Part shown: positions 49,487 through 58,366 of the stretch, piece after piece
How positions within the stretch are numbered: position 1 is the first letter of the stretch
Layout of the letters: each line of letters begins with the position of its first letter
From: Candidatus Entotheonellaceae bacterium
Lineage (GTDB): Bacteria; Tectomicrobia; Entotheonellia; Entotheonellales; Entotheonellaceae
Direction: 5' to 3'
Assembly: GCA_965238075.1 (NCBI GenBank)
Contig: OZ250173.1
Coordinates: 1,024,001 to 1,088,000 of the forward strand
Length of the DNA stretch: 64,000 bases
The notes under the pieces: model-generated
The model's database searches: none
Told to the model about the DNA's origin: nothing
The model's input: only the letters and a program-made list of their open reading frames with translations
Made by a program: the position numbers and the translations under genes

Positions 49487-49897
49487 CTAAGAAAGATTGG
49501 GATGAGCGACAACATTAAACGGAAAGCGAGGACTCTCCTCGCCATTGAGCCGTGCTACCACCTCGTACGTACCGGGATGCTTAAGTGGTAGTCCTAAGTT
49601 CACCGCGATCTGCGTCCGTTGATCCTGTCCCGGTGGAATTCCAGGTGGTCTGCCGACTTCAAATTGGCCAGCCAGTTTGGCAATTCCAGTACCATCGGCA
49701 TCAACGACTTCAATCTCAAAGTCATGTTTTTGGTTGGTCTCATTCCACGAAACTCGAAACGCTGTTGCAACAGCCATCTGGTGTGTGACGGGAAATGTTC
49801 TTGCAATTACAAGCCGGTCCCAGCCACCCCCGAGGAGATAAAGTTTGTTCGATGTCACTTGCGCAGCATCTGCCAGAATCAGCCATTCTACCTCCAT
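49487..49897 (-). CDS. DUF6941-like all-beta protein
   Basis: LAD.A.....KLYLLGGGWD...PGTY.V....NG; start overlaps the end of the antitoxin. Confidence 0.7.
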   Translation of the reverse strand: MEVEWLILADAAQVTSNKLYLLGGGWDRLVIARTFPVTHQMAVATAFRVSWNETNQKHDFEIEVVDADGTGIAKLAGQFEVGRPPGIPPGQDQRTQIAVNLGLPLKHPGTYEVVARLNGEESPRFPFNVVAHPNLS

Positions 49898-50340
49898 GCT
49901 GTTTCCCCATCTTCCACGACTTCCTCTGACGCCGGCCTCTCGACCAATGAACTTGAAAAGATAGTCCGTAAGTTGTCAGAGTGGGTCACGTCAAAGTCCG
50001 AAAAATCCGAGGCGCTTTGATTCTTTATGAAAACCGATTCGAAGAGGCTAGGTGCCTCCATGGGGGTCAGACTGATGGAGGGTCTATACCACATGTATGC
50101 GAGCAATCGGCCGATGTTCCCGACAGTGGGATTTGCGTCGCCTCTCTCCAGCTTTGCGATGTACGCCTGAGATACGCCAACTTGCTCCGCCAGTGCAGCC
50201 TGAGTGATGCCAGCAGTTTCCCGGGCAAAGGCAAGCGCCGCTGCGACCTCTAACTTGGCGCCCTCAGACCCGAACTCTCCCCGATACTCGATGTCTTGTA
50301 GCCACAGAGTGTGACTATCCTGCTGGTAGTGGCGCTTCAT
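49888..50340 (-). CDS. XRE-HTH antitoxin (HigA-like) with long C-terminal tail
   Basis: ARE.AGITQ..LAE.VGVSQAYIAKLERG.ANPT; about 55-aa Ser/acidic extension. Confidence 0.85.
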   Translation of the reverse strand: MKRHYQQDSHTLWLQDIEYRGEFGSEGAKLEVAAALAFARETAGITQAALAEQVGVSQAYIAKLERGDANPTVGNIGRLLAYMWYRPSISLTPMEAPSLFESVFIKNQSASDFSDFDVTHSDNLRTIFSSSLVERPASEEVVEDGETAWR

Positions 50341-50530
50341 GAACCATCTCCTTATGTGTCAAGATGTTCAGCTCGTAGAGTTTCAGCTTTGGTCAGCTCT
50401 TTACGTGGGGTCTTGTTCGACTTTTTCTGGTAGTGGCGCTTCATGAACCATCTCCTTATGTGTCAAGATGTTCAGCTCGTAGAGTTTCAGCTTTGGTCAG
50501 CTCTTTACGTGGGGTCTTGTTCGACTTTTT
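50323..50530. repeat. 104-bp tandem duplication across the toxin/antitoxin junction
   Basis: 50323-50426 matches 50427-50530. Confidence 0.92.
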
Positions 50531-50800
50531 CCGGAAACCATTCAGCAGGACATATCGCCCGGCCTGGGCGTGCCAGAAATAAAAAATGCGATGATGACCT
50601 GGTCGGAGTTGCCACACGCCATTCATCTTTTCCGCCCACTGCATTGTAATGAGCCGTTGAGAGCCTGATTGCCCAAGACGTTCTACGAAAGCTCTAATCT
50701 TCGCAGCGTCACGTTTCCTCCCCGAGTAATAAACATCCCTCACATACTCTTCATATGGGCAAGATCCGTCAGGCCGCTTATGAGAGACTATTGCGTACAT
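50456..50800 (-). CDS. RelE/HigB (Gp49-like) toxin
   Basis: WQLRPG.HRIFYF....YVLLNGFRKKSNKTP..E...A. Confidence 0.88.
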   Translation of the reverse strand: MYAIVSHKRPDGSCPYEEYVRDVYYSGRKRDAAKIRAFVERLGQSGSQRLITMQWAEKMNGVWQLRPGHHRIFYFWHAQAGRYVLLNGFRKKSNKTPRKELTKAETLRAEHLDT

Positions 50801-51157
50801 TGCCTAACTATAACCCTAGAAGTTATATGCATCAACAGATCGGATTTTTTGAAGATCTGGCGGTCAAGATCAGCGAATGATTCTTGCTGTCGTTGCGGCG
50901 GGTGTGTTGGGCCGCACCTGAGGCGAGGCCTCACCGTGCAGCGTGTGTTGCGCTGGGGGCTTCACGACAGTTCGGGATCTGCGCCTTCAGCCAGTTCCGG
51001 TAACTGGCTCAACTGCCGGTGAGTTGATCATGTTGCTCTACGTATAGGCGACAGCACAGTCGCCGGCCCCTAAAACAGGAGCAGAATGACGTCCAGAAAA
51101 GAAAAAATAGGGTCGTAACCCTTTCAACGATGCTGACTGCAAGCGACCCGTCCGGTT

Positions 51158-52186
51158 TCACCGCTGCGGCGGCAGCACTTCCAGTATTCTGCGGGCCGTG
51201 ATGGTGCCCACCGTCAGTCCGTCCTGCGTCACGCTGACGCAGCCGTCGGGATTGCCCTGCATGGCGGTGAGCACGGTTTCCAGAGTGTCGTTTGCTGCCA
51301 CCTCGGCCTGCAGGCTGGCCCCGTTGGCTGCCGCAACGGGCTCCATGACTGAGCGCGCCCGGATTACCCGCGCGCGGTTGATGTCCTGCACGAAATTCTG
51401 GATGTAGTCGTTGGCCGGATTCATGATGATGTCCTGCGGATCGCCCGTTTGCACCACCCCGCCGTCGTTGAGAATAGCAATGGTGTCGCCCAGTTTCAGG
51501 GCTTCATCGAGATCGTGCGTAATGAACACGATGGTCTTGTTGAGCTTGGCCTGCAGTTCCAGCAGCAGGTCCTGCATACTGCTGCGGATGAGCGGATCAA
51601 GGGCGCTGAAGGCCTCGTCCATGAGGAGAATTTCGGGGTCGGTGGCCAGGGCGCGCGCCAAGCCGACCCGCTGCTGCATACCGCCGGAAAGCTGCCCCGG
51701 ATAGTGATCCTCGAACCCCTCCAGCCCCACCTGCTCGATCCAGTGCATGGCCCGGTGGTCGACGTCCGCCTTGCCGACGTTCTGCACCGCCAGGCCGTAC
51801 CCGACGTTTTGCAGCACGGTACGGTGCGGCAGCAGCCCGAAGCGTTGGAAGACCATGCTCATCTTGTGGCGCCGGAACAGCTCCAGGTCGCGGCGCGACA
51901 GCCCCAGCACGTCCTGCCCGTCGATGCTGATGGCGCCTTGGGTTGGCTCGATCAGGCGATTGAAATGGCGGATGAGCGTCGACTTGCCGGAGCCGGACAG
52001 CCCCATGACCACGAAGATTTCCTGGTCCGCAATAGCCAGGTTGATGTCCGCCAAGCCGAGAACGTGCCCGTACTCGGTGAGCAGGCTCTGCTTGCGGACG
52101 CCCGCTTTGACGCGCGCCAGCGCCGCGGCGGGCGTTGGCCCGAAGATCTTGTAAAGCTGCTCGACGACGATCTTGGCTTCCGGCAT
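51158..52186 (-). CDS. proV: Glycine betaine/proline ABC transporter ATPase
   Basis: GLSGSGKST, LSGGMQQRVGLARAL, MDEAFSALDPLIR. Confidence 0.92.
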   Translation of the reverse strand: MPEAKIVVEQLYKIFGPTPAAALARVKAGVRKQSLLTEYGHVLGLADINLAIADQEIFVVMGLSGSGKSTLIRHFNRLIEPTQGAISIDGQDVLGLSRRDLELFRRHKMSMVFQRFGLLPHRTVLQNVGYGLAVQNVGKADVDHRAMHWIEQVGLEGFEDHYPGQLSGGMQQRVGLARALATDPEILLMDEAFSALDPLIRSSMQDLLLELQAKLNKTIVFITHDLDEALKLGDTIAILNDGGVVQTGDPQDIIMNPANDYIQNFVQDINRARVIRARSVMEPVAAANGASLQAEVAANDTLETVLTAMQGNPDGCVSVTQDGLTVGTITARRILEVLPPQR

Positions 52187-52234
52187 TGTAAATAATCCTT
52201 TTCTTTTATTGTTTTCTGTATTATTCTGTGCTCT

Positions 52235-52834
52235 ATGAAACAACGTCAGTACCGACCTTCACAAGCCGCCGCCATGCTCGGCGTCGCCAGTTGGACCCTG
52301 CGCCGCTGGATACGAGAAGGACGCGTCCCGGCTAGAAGAACCGAAACCGGACGCCTCTACGTGTCCGCTGACTGGATCGACCAGCAGACCGGACATGCTG
52401 GCGCCGCAAGCGACAGCCGGTGTGCTCTCTACGTCCGTGAATCGTCTTCCGAGAATAAAGCCGCCTTGCAGTCCCAGGCAGACGGTCTGAAAGCCTACGC
52501 CAGCGCCCGCGGGTATCAGATCGTCCACGTCGTCCGCGAGGTCGCCTCCGGCATGAACGACGAACGCCCGAAATTGCATCGACTCCTTCAGGAGCGAGAC
52601 TTCGACGTGCTGGTTGTCGAGCACAAGGACCGCCTGACGCGCGTCGGCTTCTGGTGGTTCGAAGCCTTGGCGCCGTTTCGCATCGACGTCGTCAACACGG
52701 CTGAGGAAGCCACGCACGACTTGATGGAAGACCTTGTCTCCATCATGACGTCCTTTGCCGCCAGGCTCTACGGCAGGCGCCGGGGAGGCAAGAAGACCCA
52801 GGCCGCGATTCAAGCCCTGAAAGACGCTGGATGA
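52235..52834 (+). CDS. tnpA: IS607 serine recombinase TnpA
   Basis: N-terminal MerR-like HTH; YVRESS; VEHKDRLTR.G; EDLVSI..SFAARLYG.R. Confidence 0.92.
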   Translation: MKQRQYRPSQAAAMLGVASWTLRRWIREGRVPARRTETGRLYVSADWIDQQTGHAGAASDSRCALYVRESSSENKAALQSQADGLKAYASARGYQIVHVVREVASGMNDERPKLHRLLQERDFDVLVVEHKDRLTRVGFWWFEALAPFRIDVVNTAEEATHDLMEDLVSIMTSFAARLYGRRRGGKKTQAAIQALKDAG

Positions 52835-53965
52835 TCAAACAGCACAAGAAGTCCAAAGCTCCCTTGATGCGACGGACAGCACGCATCTACCTCAACGACC
52901 TGAACGCCCGCAAAGCCGAGAGGCTCAAAGACTTCCTGCACCTCTGTCATGACGTGACGCAGTACGCGGTCGATCTGTTCTGGCAACGTCGGGACTTCAG
53001 CAGCCAGATGGCGGACCTCGAAACCGTCCACCGCATCCGCGACCGTTTCGGCATCACGACCCGGCTTGCTCAGGCGCTCGCCAAGCAGGCGAAAGAAATC
53101 ATTCGCTCAGCCAAGGCAAACGGTTTCAATCGCAAGCCGCGCCTGCGCAGGCATACGGTAACGCTCTATTCGCATTTTGTCCGCCTTGAAGCCTACCACC
53201 AGGCCCACTTCGATCATGCTGCCGTTCTGACCGGCTCCGGTGCGCCCAAGGGCTTGACAGTTCCTTTCCACAACAGCCGTCTCATCCGTCGCCGACTCAA
53301 GGACGGCTGGCGACTGGATAACACCTTGCGGCTTGGCCGTACCGGGAAGCGTCTGTGGCTCGAGGTCATCCTGGTCATGGAACGGCCGAAACCCTACAGG
53401 TGGAAGCGCCCGCGCATCGTCGGCATGGATACCAACTACGTCTCAGGCTTCGTGTTCAGCGACGGCCAGCATGTCGGACAAGACATCTACGACCGTATCC
53501 AGACGTTCGCTAAACGCCAGAAACACACTTTCAAGGAGATTTCCGACCTGGTAGGCAAGGCCCTTCACCAGGTCAATTGGTCACGCCTTGACGTGCTCGT
53601 TCTCGAAAGGCTCAAGTACGTCAAGACGGGAAGAACGAGGGACGTTCTCTCGTCGCTTCAACAGGCGTCTGTCCCACTGGCTTTACAAAGCCTCTGAGCA
53701 GCGTATACGGCAGTATTGCGAGGAATGGGGGATCGTCGTGAAGCAGAAGAACCCCTGGAAAACGTCGCAGTGTTGCAGTCGCTGTCTCAAGTGGGACCGG
53801 CGAAGTCGCAAGGGAGAACGGTTTGCGTGCGTCTTCTGCGGTCATGAGGCCCATGCCGATTTCAACGCCGCGCGCAACCTGGCCTTTCTTGAGACGGTCG
53901 GAGTCTATGGTCTCGGCAATCTCAAAAACAACAACCAAAGTCCGAAAAGACACAGTTGTTGTTAA
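52831..53965 (+). pseudogene. tnpB: TnpB RNA-guided nuclease, +1 frameshift near 53635
   Basis: RuvC-I GMD and RuvC-II LERL in one frame; TSQ.CSRC...CVFCG...ADFNAARN in the next. Confidence 0.88.
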
Positions 53966-53976
53966 CCATGCTGTCG

Positions 53977-54969
53977 TTACTCCTGTACGTGCTTCTGGCT
54001 CTGCAAAATCGTCTGCCGCGTCACACGGTCGAACATGATGGCGAACGCCACCAGGGCCAGGCCGTTGAACAGACCCTTGGCGAGATACTGATTGGTCACC
54101 GCTTCCAGCACCTCGATCCCCAGGCCGCGCACCGAAACCATCGAGGCGATGACGACCATGGCGAGCGCCATCATGATCGTCTGATTGACCCCCGCCAGGA
54201 TGTTCGGCATCGCCAGCGGTATCTGAACGTCGATCAGCTTCTGCCAATTGCTGGCGCCGAACGCCTCGCTCGCCTCCAGCACTTCCTGGTCAACCAAGCG
54301 GATACCCAGATCGGTGAGACGAATGACAGGCGGAATGGCGTAGGCGATCACCGCGATGGCGCCGGGCACCTTGCCGACCCCGAACAGCATGACGACCGGG
54401 ATCAGATACACGAAGCTCGGCATCGTCTGCATGACGTCCAGGACGGGGGTGACGGTGCTGCGCATGCGGCTGTGGCGCGCCATCAGCACGCCGATGGGAA
54501 TACCGAAAAGGATGCAGATAAGGGTGCAGACGAGAATGAACGACAGCGTCCGCATGGCGTCGTCCCACATACCGAAAAATCCGATGACCGACAGCACCAG
54601 GAGGACCGCCACGGTATGCAGCCGCTGCCGGGTCATCAGATAGACGATAGCGGTGATGATGACGAGGGTCAGCCACCACGGCGCGCTGACCAGCAGGTTT
54701 TCGGTCCAGATGAGGAAATCGAGGAAGGGGTTGAAGAAAGACTCGATGAGGTCGCCCCACGAGCGGGTGAAGTTCTTATAACCGGTGTCAACGGCCTTTT
54801 GCAGGTCGCGGATGCGGGGCAGGGCGGGGCAGGCAGCGCTGAATTGATCCAGGGACGGGAAATTCGGCGCCTCGCGATTGAGCGCGAAGAGTTGCTCGCT
54901 GCCGCCGTCTTCCGGGTTGCAGGCGGCGTGCAGGCCAAGCATGGCGAGGATGTCTTCCAGCAACGGCAC
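53977..54969 (-). CDS. proW: Glycine betaine ABC transporter permease
   Basis: LDVMQTMPSFVYLIP; EASEAFG EAA loop; GTG start inferred. Confidence 0.9.
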   Translation of the reverse strand: MPLLEDILAMLGLHAACNPEDGGSEQLFALNREAPNFPSLDQFSAACPALPRIRDLQKAVDTGYKNFTRSWGDLIESFFNPFLDFLIWTENLLVSAPWWLTLVIITAIVYLMTRQRLHTVAVLLVLSVIGFFGMWDDAMRTLSFILVCTLICILFGIPIGVLMARHSRMRSTVTPVLDVMQTMPSFVYLIPVVMLFGVGKVPGAIAVIAYAIPPVIRLTDLGIRLVDQEVLEASEAFGASNWQKLIDVQIPLAMPNILAGVNQTIMMALAMVVIASMVSVRGLGIEVLEAVTNQYLAKGLFNGLALVAFAIMFDRVTRQTILQSQKHVQE

Positions 54970-55055
54970 GATTCCTGGCCTCCGCAAACCGGCGACGCCG
55001 CCGGGAATTGGCGTACCCGTGGGCGGCGGACGCGCTGTGCGCCACCCGTTGTCGC

Positions 55056-56060
55056 TTATTTCAGGGCCGCTTTCACCTTGGCCGCCACGTCCGCCGGCAG
55101 CCAGGACGACCACAATTCCTCGTGCTTCACGATGAAATAGCCGGCCATTTCGTTGCCCTCGGCCTGATTGTCCTCGCCCCAGGCCAGCACGGCGTTCATC
55201 ACGTCGTTGGGAATGGAGATGCTGCCGAGGAAGGCGAACTCCTCGGCGTGGCTGTCGGCGAAGGCCTTCGTCGTCATCGCCAGCACCTGGGAGGGGGGAT
55301 AGCGGCCGGCGTGCGGCGTATCGCAGTTCTCCCTGGTATTACACGCGTGCCCCTCGGCGTCGAAGCCGGCCAATTCGATCATCACCATGGGGTATTTGCC
55401 AAGAATGGAAGTCGGCGCCCAGTAGTAGCCGAACCATGGCTCCTGCCGCTCGTACGCCTTGGCGATGGCGCCCGACAGCCCCTCGCCCGACCCCGGATCG
55501 AAGTTGTTGAAGCTCTCGCCCATGCCGTAGGCGCGGAAGAGATTGTTGTTGATGATCTTGCAGCCCCAGCCCGACGGACAGTTGTAAAAACGGCCCTTGG
55601 ACGGGTCCTCCGGATCCTGGAACAACTGCGCGTTGGCCATCACCTGCTGCAGGGTGCGGATGTCGGGATGCGCCTCGGCCAAGTAGGCGGGAATCCACCA
55701 CGCCTCCACGCCGCCATCGGTCAGCACGTTGCCGGCCGACACGATACGGCCCTCGGCGACGCCGTTTTCAAAGGTCTCCCGGACCGAATTGATCCAGATT
55801 TCCGAGGCGATGTCGGGCTCGCCTTTCTCTACCATCGAGGTCATGGCCGGCACGGTAGAAGTCTGCAACAACTCGACCTCGCAGCCGTAGCCCGCCTCGA
55901 GGATGAACTTCTCGAGGTTGGCAATCACACGCGCCGAATTCCAGTTCATCTCGCCGACGGCCACCTTGCCGCAGTCGGCCAGCGCCATGCCGGTGGTGAC
56001 GACCAGCGCCATCACCGCGACGGCCACCACGATCCCAAAACGCCTTCCTGAACGCTTCAT
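55056..56060 (-). CDS. Glycine betaine/histidine-type ABC substrate-binding protein
   Basis: Signal peptide; MNWNS; CPSGWGC; YYWAPT. Confidence 0.88.
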   Translation of the reverse strand: MKRSGRRFGIVVAVAVMALVVTTGMALADCGKVAVGEMNWNSARVIANLEKFILEAGYGCEVELLQTSTVPAMTSMVEKGEPDIASEIWINSVRETFENGVAEGRIVSAGNVLTDGGVEAWWIPAYLAEAHPDIRTLQQVMANAQLFQDPEDPSKGRFYNCPSGWGCKIINNNLFRAYGMGESFNNFDPGSGEGLSGAIAKAYERQEPWFGYYWAPTSILGKYPMVMIELAGFDAEGHACNTRENCDTPHAGRYPPSQVLAMTTKAFADSHAEEFAFLGSISIPNDVMNAVLAWGEDNQAEGNEMAGYFIVKHEELWSSWLPADVAAKVKAALK

Positions 56061-56138
56061 CGCTTGCTCCTTTTCGGCTTTGCGAAGTTAGAAGTCATTC
56101 GTAGCAACTGTGACCAATTACCAGCGTATTGAGATACG

Positions 56139-57301
56139 CTAGAAGTAATAGCGGAAATTGAAATTAATCCGCCAATTCCACGGATTGTTCTCGTTGGCGC
56201 CAAAATCCCCGTCACTGCCTATCCAGAAGTTGCCGTCGGAAAACGCCAGCTCGCTGTACATGTACAGGGCGCCGTAGATCGTCCAGACGGCTCCCACCGT
56301 CACCAGCGTGCTGTCATTGTACCCGTCCGCCGATTTCAGGATAGAACTCCACTCCACATACGGCGTCACGCTGTCCACCCACGAGACACTCGACGCGTCT
56401 ACGCCGTTATAGCGTAAAGACACAGCGCGGGCACGATCCCCTCAGAAGCAACCAGCGATGGGCCATCGTAAGCCCCCATGGGAATCAGGTCGTCGTTCAT
56501 CCAGGGCGTCTCGTCCGTAATGTTGTACACGTAATATGTCAACTGTGAGTAGAGGGTGAACTTCCCAAAGGCGTTTTTCACGTGCCCCGAAAGGGCGTAG
56601 TGGTCGTTGCTGTCGTCGTCCCCTACGTTCGTTCCCTGCAACAATCCGTATTGCAGCGACGCGCCCACCTCAGTCCCGCCTTCCAGCGCATAGATTGCGC
56701 GCAGGTTGAACTGGTGCTGCTCCTCGAACCCGTTTCCGCCATCCGTTCTCCTCCTAACCACATCATAGGCATACCGCGAACTCTCAAGACTTTCCCCATA
56801 CGTCTGGAATTCGCTGCTCGGGAAGTAACCGACGTCGAGCGCCAGCTTGTCAAAAGCCCCGCTCCATCTGATTCCCAGATCCATGTCGTCAACGAGCCCG
56901 ACATAATAATGCTGGTCGAAAAAATAACTGCTGGAGACGCCATACGCCGTCGGTCCGAAAGGTACCCGCACGATGCCGGCCTTGAGAGTGCGCGAACCGC
57001 CCCAATCGTACCCCAGCCATGCCGTATGAAACATGCTGTAACTCTCGTACCAGCGATACTCGACCCTGCCGATGACGTTCTGATGGCCCAGATCGGCATT
57101 CAAGCGGAAAACGTCAAGGCGAGTAGCGCCGACTCCTTCGCCTCGGGCATCATCGTAGTCCCCGTATATAAAGTTCACCCCGATCGCCCCGCCGATTTTG
57201 ATCGGACTCTTCTCAGGCTCCTGCGCCATCACGACCGAAACCGCGACCAGTAAACAGGCGATAACGAGGACAAAGCCCTGTGCATATCTTTGATCGTTCA
57301 T
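56139..57301 (-). pseudogene. Outer-membrane porin-like beta-barrel split by a +2 frameshift
   Basis: Signal peptide; terminal NFNFRYYF; CTG-TG-TCT slippage at about 56420 separates the two ORFs. Confidence 0.8.
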
Positions 57302-57393
57302 CGTTCCGTCAACTCCTATGTGAGGGTGAAAACAGGATTGTTACGAAACCGAAAGCACCCGGTGACAGAGGCAGTTTCCGTCACTTGTATCTA

Positions 57394-57564
57394 TCAAATG
57401 GCAGCAATCAACTGGCATGTTGGTAAGTATTCAGAGAGTCCCTGACTTCCGATAAAGGCGATCATGCCGATCTGGTAAGCGGCCAGCGCCGTGCCGGAGG
57501 TGACGACCAGTACCATCGCTGCGACGGCTGCCACGATCCCAAAACGCCTTCCTGAACGGTTCAT
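57394..57564 (-). pseudogene. Duplicated 5' end (signal peptide) of the substrate-binding protein gene
   Basis: MNRSGRRFGIVAAVAAMVLVVTSGTALA versus MKRSGRRFGIVVAVAVMALVVTTGMALA at 56060. Confidence 0.75.
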
Positions 57565-57599
57565 CCCCTGCTCTTTCAGCCCTCTTCCTCAACCCGATA

Positions 57600-57616
57600 T
57601 GCGGTCTGCACGCCAA
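57600..57616 (-). promoter_or_regulatory. Possible sigma-54 -24/-12 promoter
   Basis: TTGGCGTGCAGACCGCA gives GG-N10-GC, but the -12 match is imperfect. Confidence 0.3.
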
Positions 57617-57715
57617 TTTTCAAGGCACGAAACTGTCTGAGAACACGGCAATTCTTGATGACATGGGGCCGCAAGTCAACCCCGCGGGGCTGAAGCAGGC
57701 CGCCGGGCGGGCGGA

Positions 57716-58147
57716 TCAGATGTCGAATATGACCCGTGCCTGCCAGCCGGCGCCAAGCCGCTCGACGGCGATCTGGTGGTAGGTGACGGCCTTGATTTCG
57801 GTGTCGATGGGATGGCGCGCGGCGTCGAACGTCTCGCCGCGCAGGGTGGCTCGCAGGCGGGTCGGCTCCAGGGTGTGGAAGGCTGCGTTCACAGCCAGGA
57901 ATCGATGTGTGTCGTAGGCGTAGAGCAACTCGCCGAGCCAGCGCACCATGAGGTCCTCCAGGTCGATAGCCTCGACGGTCAGGTCCCGGTTGAGGCGCGG
58001 CTCGATGCGCTCGGCGTCGGTCATCAGGTCGAACAGGCCCCAGGCGGCGTGGGCGAACAGTTGGTGCAGGTCGGCGCCGAACACCAGCATGCCGAGGTCG
58101 CCGGTGTGGTCGATCGCTTGATAAATGGGCTTGCCGGCGCCGGACAC
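57716..58147 (-). CDS. Archease
   Basis: DHTGD.G; WL.ELLY; EIKAVTYH; VIFDI. Confidence 0.92.
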   Translation of the reverse strand: MSGAGKPIYQAIDHTGDLGMLVFGADLHQLFAHAAWGLFDLMTDAERIEPRLNRDLTVEAIDLEDLMVRWLGELLYAYDTHRFLAVNAAFHTLEPTRLRATLRGETFDAARHPIDTEIKAVTYHQIAVERLGAGWQARVIFDI

Positions 58148-58366
58148 GTCCGCTACCTCCCCGCTCGAGCATTTTCGTATCTGATGGCATCAGGAAGATA
58201 TCCGCCAAGCTCTATCCGCAACATGACGCCCCTCTCAAACCCCGGCGTCCGGGCAGACGTCCCGACTTGTCCGACAGTGAGGTCCTCACCCTGGCCCTCT
58301 GCGCTCAGTAGCGCGGCAGGTCCCGGCGCGCCTTCGTCCGCTCTGCCGCTGAGCTCCGAAAGCGCG

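Larger units (their letters stand above)
52187..53969 (+). mobile_element. IS607-family element (tnpA + tnpB)
   Basis: Serine-recombinase and TnpB genes, AT-rich ends, CAT repeated at 52184-52186 and 53967-53969. Confidence 0.85.

Noticed and set aside
52187-53969. IStron (group I intron-IS607 hybrid)
   Set aside because: Only 48 nt precede tnpA, leaving no room for a ribozyme core, and the element is antisense to the host operon.
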